Shown here piece by piece: positions 29,643 through 44,400 of a stretch of DNA of 64,000 nt; the first letter of the stretch is position 1; the number at the start of each line of letters is the position of its first letter. Origin of the DNA: Polymyxa betae A26-41 (taxonomy: Eukaryota; Protista; Endomyxa: Phytomyxea); assembly GCA_003693705.1 (NCBI GenBank), contig RBZT01000832.1:1-64000 (forward strand). Reading direction: 5' to 3'. The notes below the pieces were generated by a model. It saw only the letters and a program-made list of their open reading frames with translations. It was not told the DNA's origin and did no database searches. A program made the position numbers and the translations under genes.

Positions 29643-30053
29643 TCATTTCTCTCGAATTCGAATCATTTGTGCAGTCAGAGAGCAGGCGCCGACCATCGAC
29701 GAGCTTACGGCGTCATAGGCCACCACAACACAATCTTCGATTGCAGCCCCGATCCGCTCGGCGCCGTTCAAGAACGACTCTGTGATTCGCCGGAATGGGA
29801 TTGCAAACAGGAAAAACTTCTGTCGTCGACGCCGCCCAGACACGATGAGAAGCAGAGGCCCAGGCTGATGCAGAGCTTCGTGCAATTCTGAATCAGTTTC
29901 GATTTCGACCCGATCCAATTCTGAATCGATATACGAGATACGCATCGTGTCGGTATCAATTGGGCTCGAGTCGGTCAGGATCGAGGCAATATCCCTGACA
30001 GTCATGGGTTGGCTGTCGCCAGGGAGAGCCAGAAGCAGCAGCAGCTCGCCCAT
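29643..30053 (-). CDS. Small PB1-domain protein
   Basis: The OPCA-like motif MRISYIDSELDRVEIETDSELHEAL matches the PB1 consensus Y-x-D-E-D-G-D-x-V-x-I-x-x-D-E-D-L. The start is placed at MGELL. Confidence 0.6.
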   Translation of the reverse strand: MGELLLLLALPGDSQPMTVRDIASILTDSSPIDTDTMRISYIDSELDRVEIETDSELHEALHQPGPLLLIVSGRRRRQKFFLFAIPFRRITESFLNGAERIGAAIEDCVVVAYDAVSSSMVGACSLTAQMIRIREK

Positions 30054-30705
30054 TACTGAAACTGAGCGAATATTATCTGGCAAGTAATTTTGACCGATCG
30101 CAAACTCCCATTCATATATAGGCGGCATTTCACGATATTCTTTCGTTTTTTCCCAGAAAATACCGACAGCAGCTTATATATTCTTAAGATAATTCTGCAT
30201 TAGGAAGATCTAGAAATCAACTCTAAAGCAACAGAAATCGCTTGGGAAGCTTGCTCGCTTAGCAACTGTCATTGGTCTATCCCTGCCGAGATGATCCATT
30301 ACTGTAATAAGAGGCCGCGCCGCATCGATTTAATTCGTCGCGATCGCCAAATTTTTCTATCGATGAGATCTTACCTACTAGTACGGCGTCGCCGCTGGGC
30401 CTCCGGTGCTGCGGCCCCTCAGTCCGTGCGGCGTTGTTCGCAGTTTCGTCCCAAGACGATCGGACAACGGCCCTCTGCCCTCATTCCTGAATCTCGACCT
30501 TCCACCCTGCCCTTATCGAGCGACGACGACGTCCACGGCTCGTTCAGCAACGATCACAGCGACACGACCAAAGCGATCGGGCGGCCGCCAAAAGGTAATT
30601 TGAGACTGGGCGTCGCGACAACTGTGACGGGGTTCATCTCGTTTCGAGACCACTGCTGTTTCCAGCAGGATATCGCTGGCTAATTCTGATTGCGTGCTGC
30701 AGGCA

Positions 30706-31541
30706 ATGGCCTCTAGCTCTGAGCTATGGTCCGTTTCGACTTGGTCACCTGGGACCACCGGTCGAGATGATTGGTCGTTCGTGCCATCGTCGTCACAACT
30801 GCCGAAGGCTAGCTCGGGCTATCACTCCAGGTCTAAATCGGCAGATAACTCGCCATCGCGAGAAGGATCCGGGTTGTCGCAATATGCGCATAATTCGAGT
30901 CTTTACAAAACCGAACTTTGCCGTTCATACAGCGATAATGGTTACTGTCGATATTCGAACAAATGCCAGTTCGCGTTAGTAATTTCGAGATATTGTTTGT
31001 AAAGGCAAGCGCTGATCCGTAAACTAGGCATGGTCTGCAGGATCTTAGACCGGTTGTGCGGCATCGACGATGGAAAACCGAGAAATGCAAAAATTTCTTG
31101 AACGGGTCTTGCCCTTATGGATCTCGTTGTGATTTCATACATCACGACGATCTGATCTACACGGCTTCGGATCCACTCGTTCCTTTATTCACGGAATCAC
31201 CATCAAGACAGTTCCGAGGTCTTTCGGTGAAATCGCCTGCGTTTATTCCCTCCGTAACTGGGAAAACGGCGAGCACGCCTCGTTTCTCCACACCGCTGAC
31301 CGATCCGCCAAAGGTTCAAACTCCCAAGAAATCTGCAAGCTCGTCCCCGCCCGCTCCCATCGGCAAGTCGAAATCTACTGCAAATATGTCGCCTCCGGCT
31401 CCAATTGCAAAACCCTCGTCGACACCAAGCTCGGCAACGAAACGGTTGCCGTTCTTCCAGCATTTGGTTGACGAATCCAAACGCTTGCCAAACCGAGCCA
31501 CCTTTGATTCTGAGCTTGTTGCGTTGATGGCGCAGTTGTGA
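30706..31541 (+). CDS. Tandem CCCH zinc-finger ARE-binding protein (tristetraprolin/ZFP36/Cth family)
   Basis: YKTELC-x8-C-x5-C-x3-H is split by an intron at ~30975-31027. An 18-residue linker leads to WKTEKC-x7-C-x5-C-x3-H. The C-terminal KRLPFFQHL resembles the NOT1-binding RLPIF motif. Confidence 0.92.
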
Positions 31542-31655
31542 AAATTTATTGTATTTTATCAATTTACATTATCAGCGATTAACTATATGCTACCTTAAAT
31601 ATACTTCCATAATTAATTATTCATCGATTAATATATTGTATATTGATTAATTTAA

Positions 31656-33584
31656 TTATAATTGCATGTCTGGAATTGGTGTCCTTGGTATCTCTATTAA
31701 ACCTAATGCAAGATACCTGCGAGCTCGACATCTTTGGACATTTGTAAGACAATCACTCTGGATTCTCATCATGGTAACTAGACTGTCGGCTTCGTCAGCA
31801 AATTTAGCTAACAATGTCAAATGCGATTCCGGATCTTTTGTCTGAGCAATCCGATCTCGATAGACGATTTTTAATCTGAACGAAGTCAAGAATTCGATAT
31901 ACACAGGATATAGAAGCCAACCTTTCGGAAGAGTTTCGGAACCCAATCTGTAAATTATGTGATTCCGCCAGAAACTGGGTTTTAAGAGACTCAATGGCGC
32001 CATGAAGCTGTGCATCCGAATTTGCTGGCAGAAATGGAATAGGGGTCGGTATTCTAACATCAATCGGAGAGTCCTGCATAACAGGTGTGGATATCTCAGA
32101 GAGATCGTCTGTCACGTTGCTGATAGCGACTTCTTCAGATTCGAATATTATGATGTCACGCTGAGCCGGCTCTGAACCATTACCGGTCATAGTTTTGATT
32201 GGGTCATCTTCACATTGCTCGACTTCGCATTGCCCGCCTTTGCACAACTCATTTTGCTGTTGTCTGTCTGACTCATTTGAACATGCTGTTGATGATGAAT
32301 TGTTCATTTCAGGAGCTTCGACAACACTCTCCATCTTATGCAGCTTGGTAGATTCGTCGTCAATTCGGCACATCGCTTCAGCCGGTTTTTGCATACAAAC
32401 GATGGGCAGTGGCTCGTCGCAAGCAGTGTCATTCCGACAGGTATCGCTATCAGTTGGAAGTGCATCAATTTCAATCAAGGTAGATGCAACGAGTGCTTCT
32501 TTGGCCTGTAACGACACAGGCATGTTACTCATCGTGATGCCCTCTGAGTATTGATCAGAACTGTGCAATGAGGCAGGATTCTCTTCAGTTTCTAGTGCAT
32601 TTTGCAAAAATACAGGAGCATCTTCGATTTCGTCTTCAGCCAATGAGACAGAAATTTCAACAACGTCAAGTTCGGTCTCAATTGGTGCCGACAATTTTCG
32701 GATGGGCTCTGTCTCGCATGCAGCAAAAGTTTCAAACAAGTGAATGGCTTCGGGCTCGACTTCAAGAGACGGTACAGAGACATCAGCAGACTCTGTTTTG
32801 CTTTCCTGATTGTCCTCGCATCGATGTAGCCGCTTCCTTCGTTTGTTACTCCTCAAGTAGACGTCGGCAGTTCTGGACTGCTTCCCATTATCAATGGCGG
32901 ATATTGATTCATATAGTAGCTGACATTGTTTTCCGGTACGATTTGGAAACCACATAGAGAACAATCCTGCAATATCAAATTAAAGAAAACGTTGGAAAGT
33001 GAAGAAGTCGCCCTACCCCATTGTCCTTCATAAGGTCGTTCAACAAGCAACATTTTGAATAAAGATATCTCTTCTTGGCTCCATTCATCTTCAGATAACA
33101 GAACCCCAGGTTTAGCATATTCCATATAATAAGCATTAGGATCGACTGCAACTTTCATCCAAGCCTTTTTCCTTAATTCATTCCATGATTCATAATCAGA
33201 GGGTATCCAGATCGTTGTCTTGGCTTTTGATTTTCGTTTAGTGGATTTCTTTGGCGTCGATTCCTCTTTTGCATGGATTCCCTTAACGTGGGAAGCCATA
33301 GCAGCGCAGGCATGCTCGTAGCGTTCGCGGCATTCTCCTTTTGAGAATCGAGGAAGTCTAATCGAGATCGACGTCCAGTCGATTGGTAAGGGATAACAGC
33401 TTGTTGCTAGCTTAACCACCAGCTCAGTTTCTGATCGAGTCCATTTTTCGGAACCCAGCACGGATTTGTATTCGACGGCGTTGAGTTTCTCGATTGCTGA
33501 TGCTGGATCGGAGAGGGCACTGGAGAGTTCAGGGGAAGGAGCGAAAGTTCTCGTGCGGCGATGGCTGAGGGTTATCTCCACCAT
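31656..33584 (-). CDS. Myb/SANT-domain protein with acidic C-terminal region
   Basis: First repeat KWTRSETELVVKL...IDWTSISIRLPRFSKGECRERY. Then AWMKVAVDPNAYY...EWSQEEISLF...GQWG|LFSMWFPNRTGKQCQLLY. Confidence 0.75.
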
Positions 33585-34508
33585 GGCCGTGATAAATCAA
33601 GTCGAAAGGAGGAAGAAGGCAGGCTGGGCTGCTTCCCTTCGAGTTTGGCGCCAAAACATCCTCAACGGCAGCGCAGCCTCCAATGGTTTCGCTGCTTCAT
33701 TTTAGTCTTTAGCCTTTTATACAAAAATTTAAGAACTCGTATTAACATTTGTAGCATTGAGATCTCTTTAGTATGATTAGATTGGATTCGATTTACTAGT
33801 TTGTTGATTTTGTCAAAGATCTCTTTAGTAGAATTCTTATCAACTTAATTTTGCATCTCCGGCGTAATAAGCAATTACGTGCCTTTAGAATATTGGAGAC
33901 GCGCTTCTGTCCTACGAACAATATAATGCAACTGTCACAGTTCGATCGAATGGTGTGTTGAGGAAGTAAGTTCCCAACCTATTTTGATTTAAAATGCATC
34001 TTTCTAGATCAAGTTACGCTTTTTTGGTTTTCTCGCAATCTCTAAGGCATTCTGTTCAACCGGAATCTGACGAAGTATTGGAATAAACCAATTCAACATC
34101 TTTCAAAGACTAATCGTGGGAGAAGAACGCTGTTAGTTGTATGTACGGTGGATCACCTTTCAGCAGGGCAGTAAAACGTGTTCTGTTTCAGTGCAGGAGC
34201 TTTATGCCTGCTTGCTTGGTTTCGTTGTTGACAGCCCTGTTTTTGTTTGAGCGAACCGAGCAGGGTCCGTTACTATATATTTTAGCCCTACAAACCCGAA
34301 GGCTGTCAAGCTCGTTAATGCACCAAATTGCATAACCAGCGTAAGAAGAGCTTCAATTTGAAAGCAACAAGACAGGAACAAAGAGCTGCTGATCGATTCC
34401 AAGATGAGATATCGAGAAGAATTCTACAACATAGAACGGTTGGGCATGTGTAAGCCTTCAATAGCAAACGATTTAACCACTTTCGCAAGCAATGATTGAG
34501 AACATTAA

Positions 34509-35487
<979 letters not shown>

Positions 35488-35841
35488 GGCGGCGATATCA
35501 AACACCGAATTAACTGTAACTTAATCCCGGTAGATAAAATTAAGAATAGAAAGAGAAGAGAGAGCAGGAATTAGGCGACGTGATGTTTTGACTGTAAAAC
35601 CGTGTGACAACGTTGCTACGGTGGACTGGCAGGACTGTTGTGTCCCTTCGGCTTACACCGAAAACACTATCCGAAAAGATCACATCAAGTTTTCTTATGT
35701 AATTTGGCTAAGCAGTATTGATGGGCTTACATTTACAAAGAGCAAAAAATTCGGAAATTGGCATTAGAATAAGCAATGAAACAGTAGGTTATGTTTATGC
35801 AGAACATTTCGGAACACTGGTTTTTGAGATCGATGATGATC

Positions 35842-38800
35842 TCAGTTTTCAGTAACTGATTGCGGGCGCTGAAGCTGCGATAGAAATCCAGTTTCTGAAT
35901 TGCGCTTGATCTCACAATCACGTTCGTATTTCTCTTGGGCCAGTTGCCTTAACTTTCTGGCAGTGTCCGGCCCAGTTTGTTCAACAAGATCGTAGAACTG
36001 GCCGTTCGGGTTGTTCAGCAGCGTGAAAGGCTTATCGAATTCAACCACTTTGCCAGCATTCATCATCAGAATTCGATCCGATTGGATAATCGTGTTCAGA
36101 CGATGGGCAATCGTCAGAACAGTGCAATCGGAGAAGTTCTCGGTGATCGCTTTCTGAACCAGAGCGTCCGTTTGGGCATCAATGGCGGCAGTAGCTTCAT
36201 CCAAAACGACGACGCGGGACTTCATGAGGATAGCTCGTGCAATACAGAATAGCTGCCTTTGCCCTAAGGAGAATCTGGGACCCTGATCGGCGACTTCAGC
36301 ATCCAGCCCGCCAGGAGCGCTTCTGATGCTATCAGCTAGATTAACAGCAGCTAACGCTTTCCAGATCGCCTCGTCGGTACATGATTTCGTGGGATCCAAA
36401 TTCTCTCGAATCGTTCCAGAAAACAGAACGGATTCTTGGGGAATGATGGCAACTTTTCTTCTAAGATCTTCAAGACCGATAGATGAAATATCCAGCCCAT
36501 CAATCACAATCCGACCAGCGGCTAGTTCGACAATTCGAAGCAGTGCTACTAGTAAAGTTGATTTTCCAGAACCCTGAAGGAAATTAAGAACATTGATGAG
36601 CAAGGGTAGGCGGCAGGCTTACAGTCCTTCCAACGATACCGATCTTTTCTCTCGACTGAATGGTGAAATTAATCTTTTTTAAGACTGCAACACCAAAGGT
36701 CGTGTATCTCAAAACAACATCACGGAAATCGATGCGCCCTTCAGTGGGCCAGTTCTCTTGTGGCCGCGAAGTCTTGATGATAGCAGCGGCTTCCGATGGA
36801 ATTTTCTCAGAAAAGTATTGCAGGTTCCCGACAGAAAGGATAGCCACTTGAGTTTCTTCCCACATTCGTAGAGTCCATTGGACGAAGACCAAAAGCTGTA
36901 GAGCGTTGGAAAGCGATAAACCGACTGTCGCAGCATCAGTTCTTTCAATGACGAAAAAGTATGCATTGAAGAAAATGGCTAACGAACACAGAACATCAAT
37001 GTACAAAGCAACGAAGAATCTGTTGCACTGAATGACATAGTCATAGCACGCTGCATCGTCCAGACTTTCCAACAATTTGTTTCGAAATCGGTCCTGGCAT
37101 CGGAAAGCCCGAATCGAGAACAATCCTTCAAGACTGGTAGTGACGTGTGAAAACATGATGGTTTTGGCAAGCGCTTGTTGATCAGTAAAATGAACAGTAG
37201 CTCCAGATTTTCGGGTGAACCATATCAGGGCACAGCCGATAGCAAATAGAATCAAAATTGCTCCCAACATAGCGAGGAACATCGAGCTTTGCAGGATCAT
37301 GATTAACAGAGAACAAACAGCAAGTGGAAGATACTGCATGAATTGCATCAGCGAATCAGGTAGTCGATCATCAGCATCGGCCTGGTGCTTGGAAGACGAT
37401 TGCAGAATGCGACCAAGAGGAGTTTTATCGTAGAACGCCATCGGAGCGCGAATCAAAGAATGCAGCATGGAATCATGAAGATGCCTGGCCTTTCGGGATG
37501 ACACTGATGACCACCAAATTCCACGAATTGCAACGAACGTTGCAAACAGGAAAACTAAAAAGGCGTAGATCACAAGATCGTAAGTTGGACCAAGCGAATA
37601 GACTTTGAAATCTGAGTTAGGAGCGCCTTGCCAGACCTTGACCCAAAGATCGCTGCCAACACGGAATCCATGGGCAACCCAGAACATCACAAAGACACCG
37701 ATAGAGGCGTAGAGTCCTCCACCAGCTTGGCGAAGATATCGCATCCAGGCTCTCTTATAAGTGACCCATTGGTCAGAAGATTGCTTCTCAGAAACTGCAG
37801 AAGGAGGACTGGCTTCCAAAGGTATCGGCTTCGTGACAGTGGTCAAATGCACCAACCTACAGAATTATTACTGAAAACATCGTTCGCTTTTCTGAAAACC
37901 TACATGTTATGGGCAACCGTTCGAGAGAAATCGCTGTCATAGCGGCCTTCAGAGTCCAATCTTAAATACTTCGGGCCAAATAAAGTCTGATGCTCGTATT
38001 CGGCTTTCTGAACGAGCAATGCTTCATCAACAGTGTGCGCATAGTGCACTTTTGAATTGAATTCGGCAATACGGGTGATCTTATTGAAATTCGCTAACGT
38101 CGCATTAGCAGAAGTTGTTTCCGAATCAGCGGTGACGACTTCCGTCAACTCAATTTCGCATTGTTTACCGGGGATGGGACCCAGTTGATGATCTGCAGAT
38201 TGAGTAACGGAGAGTTCTTCAGTTGGTAGACGAATCGTTCGGATGAGCTCCTCATCAATCTTCTCAGTGACTGTGTTGCTTTCAACGTCGCTGAACTGAG
38301 TCATGAGATCACGGAGACGGCTCTCAGGCTCAGCCATCAGTTCAGTGTATGATCCGTATTGAATAACACGACCTTTGTCCATGATGGCGATACGAGTGCA
38401 TTCTGGTAAATATTGAAGCTGATGGGTGACCAGAATCACAGCGCGATCTTTCAAATAGGTCTTGAAACAATTATCGAAGATATGACGACCGACAGCCTGA
38501 TCGAGGGCACTGAGTGGATCGTCAAGAAGCACGATATCACTGCCTGAATAAACAGCCCGAGCCATTGAAACACGCTGACGCTGACCACCGGAAAGATTGG
38601 CACCACGTTCACTGATTGCGACTTGATCGCCTTCAGGAAACAGAGATAAATCGCGTTCCAAAGAACAAGCGGATATAACATCAGCGTAGCGTTGCTCATC
38701 AAATTCGGAGCCGAACAGGATATTGTCTTTTAGCGTCGAGTTGATCAGCCATGCTTCTTGTGGACAGTACGACATCAAACCACGTGTGCTAATCGAGCCG

Positions 38801-40303
38801 GCAACGATTTTCATCTGTCCCAGAATGGCAGCAGCCAGCGAAGACTTCCCGCTGCCGACATCACCGATCACGGCCAGAATTTCGCCAGGTCGCACTTCGA
38901 GAGAAACATTCTGCAGCGTGTCTGTTGTAGTCTGTTCCCACTTGCAGTTAACATCGCGGAAAACAATCTCGCCATCTTCACAATTTTCATGGTCCCGTTC
39001 ATCGACCATCTCGGCCTTGCGAAGAAAATCATCGAGCGACTTGAAAGCGTTCAAAGCGCTTGAACAAGATTTAACAGCAAGTGGCATCATAAGCAGTGGA
39101 TAACGAAGAGTGTTAAACAGTGAGACTAATGTGAACGCCAGAACGGGGTCAAGCTTACCACCTGTTACTTGAAGGACCAGCAAACAGGTGAGTGAGGCGA
39201 TAACTGGGCCTGCAAAGACAAGGGCGAAGTTGATAGCACGAGCAGTGGTTTGTAGAGCAGCAGCATGGGTCTCATCCGTTCGAACACCGTTGACTTTAGT
39301 ACGTGCAGAATCTTCCCATGCGTAAAACTTGATTAGCTTGATAGCAGTCAAGATTTCAGTCATCAGGTGCAAACGCTGGCTCGCTTTGTTGAAGAAGACG
39401 CCCGATGATTTGGAAACCAACTTGCCCAGGAATACCTGAGTTGGGATAATGATGGCCACAACGAAGAGAATGGGAGCGAGAGTGCTTCGCCATCCGGCCA
39501 AAATCCACGCTATGACCATGATTCCGATGACTTCGATACATCCAGACCACAAGCTAGACAATAATCAGATAACGATACGGTAGAGCGGTAAAAAAGACGA
39601 ACAAGTGAAATTGGGTGGCGGCGTCGGCAATAGCCTCGATATCATTAGCAACCAGAGTCATAATGTGGCCGATATTCACATTAGCAGGAGAGAGAACCAT
39701 CGCTTTCTTGTAGATTATATCGACAAGCGCCGAGCGAAGCCGCAAACCGACCATATAGGTTCCTTGATAAAACCGCTACAGCATTGCATAAGCGAGACTA
39801 TATATACAGTTGACAAGTATTACCTGGATAGTCACTGCTGAGCAAACAGCAGCAACCAAAAGTGCTATAGCCAGAGAAGCAGATGGGGCTATCATCATTT
39901 GTTGGAGCAAATAATAAGCACACAGCCATGTGCAAACAGCCCATGCGATCTTCCAAAGGCCAAGCATGAGATATCTGGCACCGAATGCTTTGAAGGTGGC
40001 TTGAAGCAGGGTTTGAGGCTGATCTTCCCATGCGGAATTGAGGGCGTTACTGGCGGGCTCAGCCCGAGCTCGATTCTCAAGACTGACATGAACGTTCCCA
40101 GGCCCATGAAACAAGCACTTCCAGAGGAGCCGAAAAATCCAAAAGAACGTCAGTCCTGAGATCGGATTGCCCGCTGATAAAGTGAACTTTTCAGGAGTCG
40201 CCGATTTCATGTTAGTCTGGATGCCAGAACCCGGGATATCCGCGACGTTGACAGCAGATTGAGGAACGCGAGTGTTCGGGTTCTTGCTAGTATCAACCGC
40301 CAT
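35842..40303 (-). CDS. ABCC/MRP-family ABC transporter, paralog B (inverted copy of 21312-25743)
   Basis: Near-identical NBD and TMD peptides to paralog A, e.g. FTLVSLFNTLRYPLLMMPLAVKSCSSAL and GLEDLRRKVAIIPQESVLFSGTIRENLDPT. It has the same four intron positions. Confidence 0.95.
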
Positions 40304-41463
40304 CGGTTTGGATTAGGGTCAGCGACGATAGCCCAGGTAGCAGCTATTGACTAGCGTGTTTGGAGATAGAATTCGACTGTGGAAATGGAGGAAATGGCTC
40401 ACTTCATCCGGCGGAACTCATCGGAGGCGAGTACGAAGCGATCGATCCGACCGATTACTCGGTCTACAAATACGTTCTCGCACAGTGGCGGGACCACCAA
40501 CACTGAAACGGACGGCGATCGTGACCACTTGCAAGTCTCCACATAATCACCAGCTTAACAAGGTCGATGGCAACCATAGCCATGTTATCGATTGCGATCA
40601 AACACGTCCGGGCTTAAAACCTTTCTAAGTCGATGCAGCAGATCCCTTACTCGTAGGAACTGCAGGAGACCGTGTCGCTTCGCTTCCCATGACAGAAGGG
40701 AATCGTTGAGCAGTATGCAAGACTGCCACCAATTGGTAATACGCCACGTCCTCCATTCCAATTTCTGATATTTTCTAAATTCGCAATAAAAAACGTTACA
40801 GTTTCTTGGGTGGCTATTGTCTAGTGACTGGTCTAACAAATGTCCTAATTGGAACACGCCGTTATTGCGTTCGATCGATCAGTTGTTTCCTGTCCCGGTT
40901 TAAGAGACAAAAGCAGCGAAACCCTTGCCCTTTGATTTCGAACACTTCGATTGCAATAAAGATCCACAAAATAATTCTAGAACCCTGGCATTATTTTAAT
41001 CAAACAACTGGCGCGGCTTCTGATCAGCTAGTTATAAAAAATTCCAAATTGCAGAGTTTTCCCAGTAAGAAAAGATTGGGCCTAGAGTCCTAGACCTTGA
41101 ATACAGATTGGAAACTGATTCCTAGAAAATAAAATTATAGATCTGAGAGTAAAACTCGATCGTTCCACATAGAAAGCCTCCATGAAGACGCGACATTATA
41201 GTCGATATAGAAAGCCGTCGCTGAGGGAATAATGAAGCCACAGAGCGGTTTTGGTAGGAAACCGTCGCTAATAATCAACAGTGTGAGTCGACCGAGCTGG
41301 CACGCGACAACGTCACAAACCGTCCAGCATGACGCATGTAGCCAGTTCAAAGCAATAACATTCAAAAGATGTTCAAGGGAAAGGACGTATCGCTAACCAA
41401 CAACAGCATCGACGCGATACATGATCCAGCATTCCTAAAGGTTTGAGAAATAGCAATTTGCAG

Positions 41464-44400
41464 ACTCTGTGAATTCAAAGCCGAGCAGGAGCAAACACCT
41501 TCGCCTTCGCCTTCAAAGTCAAAGCAGAAGGCTGAGCTTGAAATTGTGGAAAAAGACCCACTGAAAGATGAAGAAGTAAGCGTCTTCTCGCCCTGGAACG
41601 AGAGTTTAAAAGTTGATAGGTTATAGAACAAGTTCAACCTCAGCAAACCGTAACGACGGTGCCCAAATTGTCACCCCGAGAAATTGAGGTAAGATAATGA
41701 AGGCAAGCAGCAATGCAAGCTGATCGATGATGTTGGCAGATAATGAACTTCCTGGAGAAACACAACGAACGCATTGAGCGATTCTTGCAAGATTCCAGAT
41801 TCATAGATCAAGCCATTCAAACGCAAATAGATCAGCACAACCACGAAGCACAGCGATTCCTCAACAATCCTATTAATGCCAAATTAGCATTCCAGCTGGC
41901 ACAAGCACTCAATCGGCAATTGACAACAGAAATGGGTGGCAGAGAATCAGCTGCCATTTACGAACGAGTCTTAGCTGCACATCGTCAGCGAGTGCGAATC
42001 TTCTGGGCGAAAAAACTCGGCAAAGCACGAACTTTTGACAAAATCCGAGCGCGTTACCGCCAGCGAGATCAAGATGCCGCAAACGCCTCCGAGCGTTTGC
42101 AATGGAAGACGACAATGGCCAACAGAGCAGAACGCGCGTTCAATGATGAGTTGCAATTAGAGACCTGGGTGATGCAATTAGGGCTTGGACCTGTCCGAGG
42201 CAGAAGAGCCGCTTTGCGATGCCTGAACAAGGTGCACATTAACCTCTTCGATCTGCTCGAAAACCGGTTCATCGTGCATCGGACAAGGTGGGCAGTCTCA
42301 AACTTAATGAAGAGTTGAGAATTAATTGCAAATGTTTTAGGGCGGCACTGAAAGCTTACTCAAAAGTCAATGATTTGGTTTTCACAAAACGTCTGGTACG
42401 AAGCGCGGCTGTACGACAGTTTCTAGAGCAGCAAAATCAGCAAGAACCTGAACCGCAACAACCCAGCCAACAGGCTCGGCAACCGACTGTTCTGCTTTCC
42501 CATAAAGAGACGCAGACACAAGCGCAGCAACCGCTGAATAAGTCAGTTCGAAAAGCCAGGCGCCAGCAACTGAATCAATCGGCACAACCTCAGAGATCGA
42601 CGGGCTCCCAGACTGCTCAGAGGCAGACCCAACAGTCGCAGAAGCAGCAGCTCAACCAAAGACTACGAACACAGAACGCCCAGCAACGCATTAATCAGCA
42701 GACAACGCAGGAAACGCAAACAAGTCGAAAACAAAGGCGATCGCGAAGTCGAACTCAGCAGGTGATGCAGACTGAGCAACAAACTAACAGAGCTCTTCAA
42801 CAACAAGCGCAGCAGCGCAACCAACTTCAGCAGAGTCGAAAACATCAAACTCGGGAGAGCGAGATCCAAGCGCAGAACAAAACAGGCCGGAACAAACAGC
42901 AACCTCGCGACGTCTCACAAAGTCGGCAACAGCAGCAAAAGCAGCGAGAGGCTCAACAGGTTCAACAGATGAAGCAAGCTCAGCAAACCCAAGCGTTGCA
43001 GCAATCTCAAAGAAAAAAAAGAAATGTTCAAAATGTCCAGCAAATACAAACGCAGAAAGCTCAGGATCAAAAGATTCAGCAGACGCAGAAAGCCCAGCAA
43101 ATCAATCAAACATCGAAAAAGCGTGAAGCTCAACAGGCTCAGCAGGGTGATCAACTGAAACAATCTAGAAAGCAGCGTCCGACCGAAAAGCAAATTCAGA
43201 CCCAATCACAGAATCAACTAACAAAGCACAAGCCTAAGCAGCAACAGCAGGCCCTACAACACAACCAGCATGCTCAGAAACCACAGCATGCTGAGCAACA
43301 GAATCAGCAAGCGCGACGAAAACGACAGCAGCAGCAGCCAGAAACACAAAGAGCTGATAACGTCCGGAAACAGCAGAATCAGCAAACTTCGCAAAACAAT
43401 CAGTCACGGCAACGCAAGTCCAAGCAGCATCAACAATCCCAGCAACAAGTTCAACCGAGATCTCAGGGGATTCAGCAGCAGCAAAATCAGTCGCAGCGAC
43501 GAGAAACCCAAAAGCAGCGCGCTCAGCAACGAGCTCAGAGCAATCAGCCACAACAAAAGGCAGCACGTAACCGTCAGGACGTTCAGAATCAGAATCAGTT
43601 CCAACAACAGAACGCTCAAAGACAACAGAACGCTCAACGACAACAGAGCGCTCAACGACAACTGAACGCTCAACGACAACAGAACGCTCAACAAGTCCAG
43701 AAAATACAACAGCAGCAACACTTTCAGCAGCAAGAGGCGCAGAAACAACTCCGAAATGTTGAGAACAAGCAGCGCAAGCGGCAAGCTCAACTACAACAAC
43801 AAACTAATAACGTTCAGAACAAACAGACTCGACAACAGCAACGACAGCAACAAGTTCGAGAGCCTCAGCAGCAAAGCCAACAGAAAAACAGAAAACAGAA
43901 ACAAATACAGCAAGTTCCCAAGGTCAACAAACAGCAACAAATACAGCAACAACAGGTATTACATGCCCGAGAGCCTCAGAACAAGCAGAAAAAGGTGCAA
44001 CAGCAACAAGAGCGGCAAAAATCGCAGCAGCAAGCTCAAAAAGTTCAGCAGGATGTTCGGAAACAGCAATTAACAGAACAACCAGCTCAAAAGACCAGAA
44101 AGCAGCAACGCGCGAAGCAACAACAGCAGCAAAATCAGAAGCAGGTCCAGCACCAAGCAGTACAGCATCAACAGCAGCCTAAATCTCAACAAACCCAAAA
44201 GGCCCAGCCTCAACAACAACGGGTACAGAAGCAAGATCCAAAGCTCAACCAACAAAACCTCCAAAAGGCAAACATTGAAAGTCGGCAAGTCCAGAATCAA
44301 CGCGTTCAGAAACAACCACAGCCCATTCAGCCCACTCAGAAACAGAAAATTCAACCAGATCAGCTCCAACAATTCCAAACAAGCCAATTACAGCAACAGA

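Noticed and set aside
33900-34452. Possible small Cx9C-type gene on the plus strand
   Set aside because: Only one Cx9C-like stretch is present, and no consistent splice model gave an open product.
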